The position numbers were made by a program, and so were the translations under genes. The notes under the pieces are model-generated. The model did not search any database. It worked only from the letters and a program-made list of their open reading frames with translations, and was not told the DNA's origin. Of a DNA stretch of 64,000 nucleotides, positions 62,394-64,000 are shown piece after piece; position 1 is the stretch's first letter, and each line of letters begins with the position of its first letter. Source of the stretch: a virus (lineage: Duplodnaviria > Caudoviricetes); the IMG/VR virus record IMGVR_UViG_2887198475_000002. One strand, written 5' to 3'.

Positions 62394-62924
62394 ATGCCCC
62401 GCATCCCGGGCATGAACGACCTGTTTGCTGGGACCGCATACAGCGGCCCCGGCGCAGTCTGCGGCATCTGCGGCCGCGCCCTGAAAAATCCCGCCAGCAT
62501 CGAGCGGAGCATCGGCCCCGTCTGCGCTGGCAGCGCCCATCCAAAGACCACCAGCAAGGAGGCTGAGGAAATGCGCGCTCGATACACGACGGAGGTGGAA
62601 ACGGTGCTCGGCATAGCCGCCATCACCATCCGCGATACCGGGCACGACAGCACCAAGAGCGTGACCAATGATGCCGAACGTGTGGTCCTCGATCTGCGGG
62701 AGCGTGGCTTCAAGCTGAACATGCCCGTCATCTACTGCGACAGTATGGGCCGCTGGGACGGTCTGACGATCCGCAACGGCGTGTTCGCCGGCTTCTACCC
62801 GCTCAATTCCCCCGGCAGCACCGACTACAAGGAAGCCAGGGTGATGCTCGCCACCATGATGGCGTTGCGCGATCAGCGCCTGGGCGACGCCACGCCCCGC
62901 GGTCCGGTGTCGGTGGAGGATTGA
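62394..62924 (+). CDS. DUF6011-like zinc finger fused to an SVTNDAE..IYxD.G.WD domain
   Basis: CGICGRALKNPASIERSIGPVC; C-terminal domain paralogous to 63555-63839. Confidence 0.65.
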   Translation: MPRIPGMNDLFAGTAYSGPGAVCGICGRALKNPASIERSIGPVCAGSAHPKTTSKEAEEMRARYTTEVETVLGIAAITIRDTGHDSTKSVTNDAERVVLDLRERGFKLNMPVIYCDSMGRWDGLTIRNGVFAGFYPLNSPGSTDYKEARVMLATMMALRDQRLGDATPRGPVSVED

Positions 62925-63109
62925 CCGTGAGCGACCCTCTTTTTCTCATGTTTCTGGCGTGCGCTGCCAGCCTCGCCGGGGGGCCGTTCATGATCCACGG
63001 CACACGCTCCCTCAAGGTGGGCGCGCCGGATTGGGGCGCCATGAGCATCGGCATAGCCTTCCAGGCCGTGGCTTTCCTCCTCGTCATCGTATCCATTCGG
63101 AACACTTGA
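62921..63109 (+). CDS. Small two-transmembrane protein
   Basis: Two hydrophobic stretches; SD GGAGGA. Confidence 0.5.
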   Translation: MTVSDPLFLMFLACAASLAGGPFMIHGTRSLKVGAPDWGAMSIGIAFQAVAFLLVIVSIRNT

Positions 63110-63111
63110 CC

Positions 63112-63552
63112 GTGCAACGCGAAGAAAGCCCCAGCTCTGATCCGGCGCCCAATGCGCCGGAGGAGCCTGTCCTGATCTTCAAACACAACCGCGGCTACTA
63201 CCGGCCGAACGAGTGCGGCTACACCAACTGCACCCGCTACGCCGGGCACTACCCGCGGCCCCAGGCGGAGGAAATCGCGGCGATCGAGCCGGAGAATTTC
63301 ACCCTCTACCCGGTGCCACAGGACCCGCCGGAGCTGGAAGCCCTGGCGGAGTCCATGTTCCTCGCCGACTGCGAGGAGCCTGATGCGCACAAGCGGAAGA
63401 TCGGAGGCGTTCCGGCCGAGTATGCCCGCTGGGGCGAGGGGTGCGGGACGCAGATCGGCATGACAGCGTGCGAGAGCTACCGCCGCCGCGCGCGCATGGT
63501 CCTGTCGCTGCTGGCCCAGCAGCGCATCAGCATAATCCGGGGAGACGGCTAA
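63112..63552 (+). CDS. Hypothetical protein (start uncertain)
   Basis: GYYRPNECGYT....AGHY....A motif seen in phage proteins. Confidence 0.5.
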   Translation: MQREESPSSDPAPNAPEEPVLIFKHNRGYYRPNECGYTNCTRYAGHYPRPQAEEIAAIEPENFTLYPVPQDPPELEALAESMFLADCEEPDAHKRKIGGVPAEYARWGEGCGTQIGMTACESYRRRARMVLSLLAQQRISIIRGDG

Positions 63553-63554
63553 CC

Positions 63555-63839
63555 ATGCGATCCCGCTACACGACCGAGATCGTCAACAACGTGATCTGCA
63601 TTGAGGACACGGGCGACGAACATTGGGACGAGACGCGCAGTGTCACCGATGACTTGGACAACGTCATCGCCGACCTGAAAGAGCGCGGCTTCGATCTGAC
63701 CCTTCCCATCATCTACAAAGATACAGAGACGGGACTCTGGGATGCCGTGATGGTCCGCGACGATCGCTTCGATGGCTTCCAGCGACTCTGCGTGGAATCG
63801 CGGTCTGCCGCCATCTTTGAAGTCACGCGCGAGGACTGA
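63555..63839 (+). CDS. Hypothetical protein, paralogue of the C-terminal domain of 62394-62924
   Basis: SD GGGAG; MRSRYTTE...RSVTDDLDNV..DLKERGF...PIIYKD..G.WD. Confidence 0.65.
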   Translation: MRSRYTTEIVNNVICIEDTGDEHWDETRSVTDDLDNVIADLKERGFDLTLPIIYKDTETGLWDAVMVRDDRFDGFQRLCVESRSAAIFEVTRED

Positions 63840-64000
63840 GATGTCAGGCGCCCCACGAGAGCAGTACCGCGGCGCCGCCCTCGTGGGGCGGGTGTCTGGG
63901 GGAGCACCCCTGCCCGTCTGGATGGATCTCGTGACGATCGAGTGGCCCGAAGTGCCGGAGCTGCACCGGAAGGAACTGCCGAGGCAAAAGGCGAAGCTCC

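Noticed and set aside
1-64000. tRNA, rRNA, integrase/att site, spanins, CtrA boxes
   Set aside because: None could be supported by eye; tRNAscan-SE, lipobox prediction and the flanking sequence would be needed.

Overview
The whole 64 kb window is part of a GC-rich temperate myovirus (prophage or phage-plasmid). The host is probably an alphaproteobacterium, judged from a GapR homologue and an alphaproteobacterial-type repressor/Cro pair. No integrase, partition gene or portal was recognised in the window. Layout: (i) a minus-strand morphogenesis block at 58516->20382 whose protease, capsid, sheath and tube resemble Twort/K/SPO1-type (Herelleviridae) proteins; (ii) an immunity and recombination block at 16-20 kb; (iii) a minus-strand early/middle arm at 16170->116 with replication, GapR, MT-A70 methylase, an Acb2/Tad1-like protein, holin, GH19 endolysin and a GpA-type terminase; (iv) a divergent cluster of small early genes at 58.5-64 kb. 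The most striking unannotated signal is 12 co-oriented, intergenic copies of a minus-strand motif GTCGTGACR-N-NAnnnT in front of structural and lysis transcription units. At four copies the start codon sits at the predicted +1/+2 (leaderless). At the other eight, a hairpin whose 5' arm overlaps the promoter covers the ribosome-binding region. Together these suggest a genome-wide coupled transcription/translation lock on late genes. Other highlights are a candidate +1 UUU-CGC tail-chaperone frameshift, an SGNH-esterase+GH5 appendage sharing a repeated domain with a baseplate protein, a tape measure with about 1300 aa of Pro/Ala/Gly-rich sequence, two operator families and an AT-rich moron. All homology calls come from motif recognition by eye; no database searches were run.
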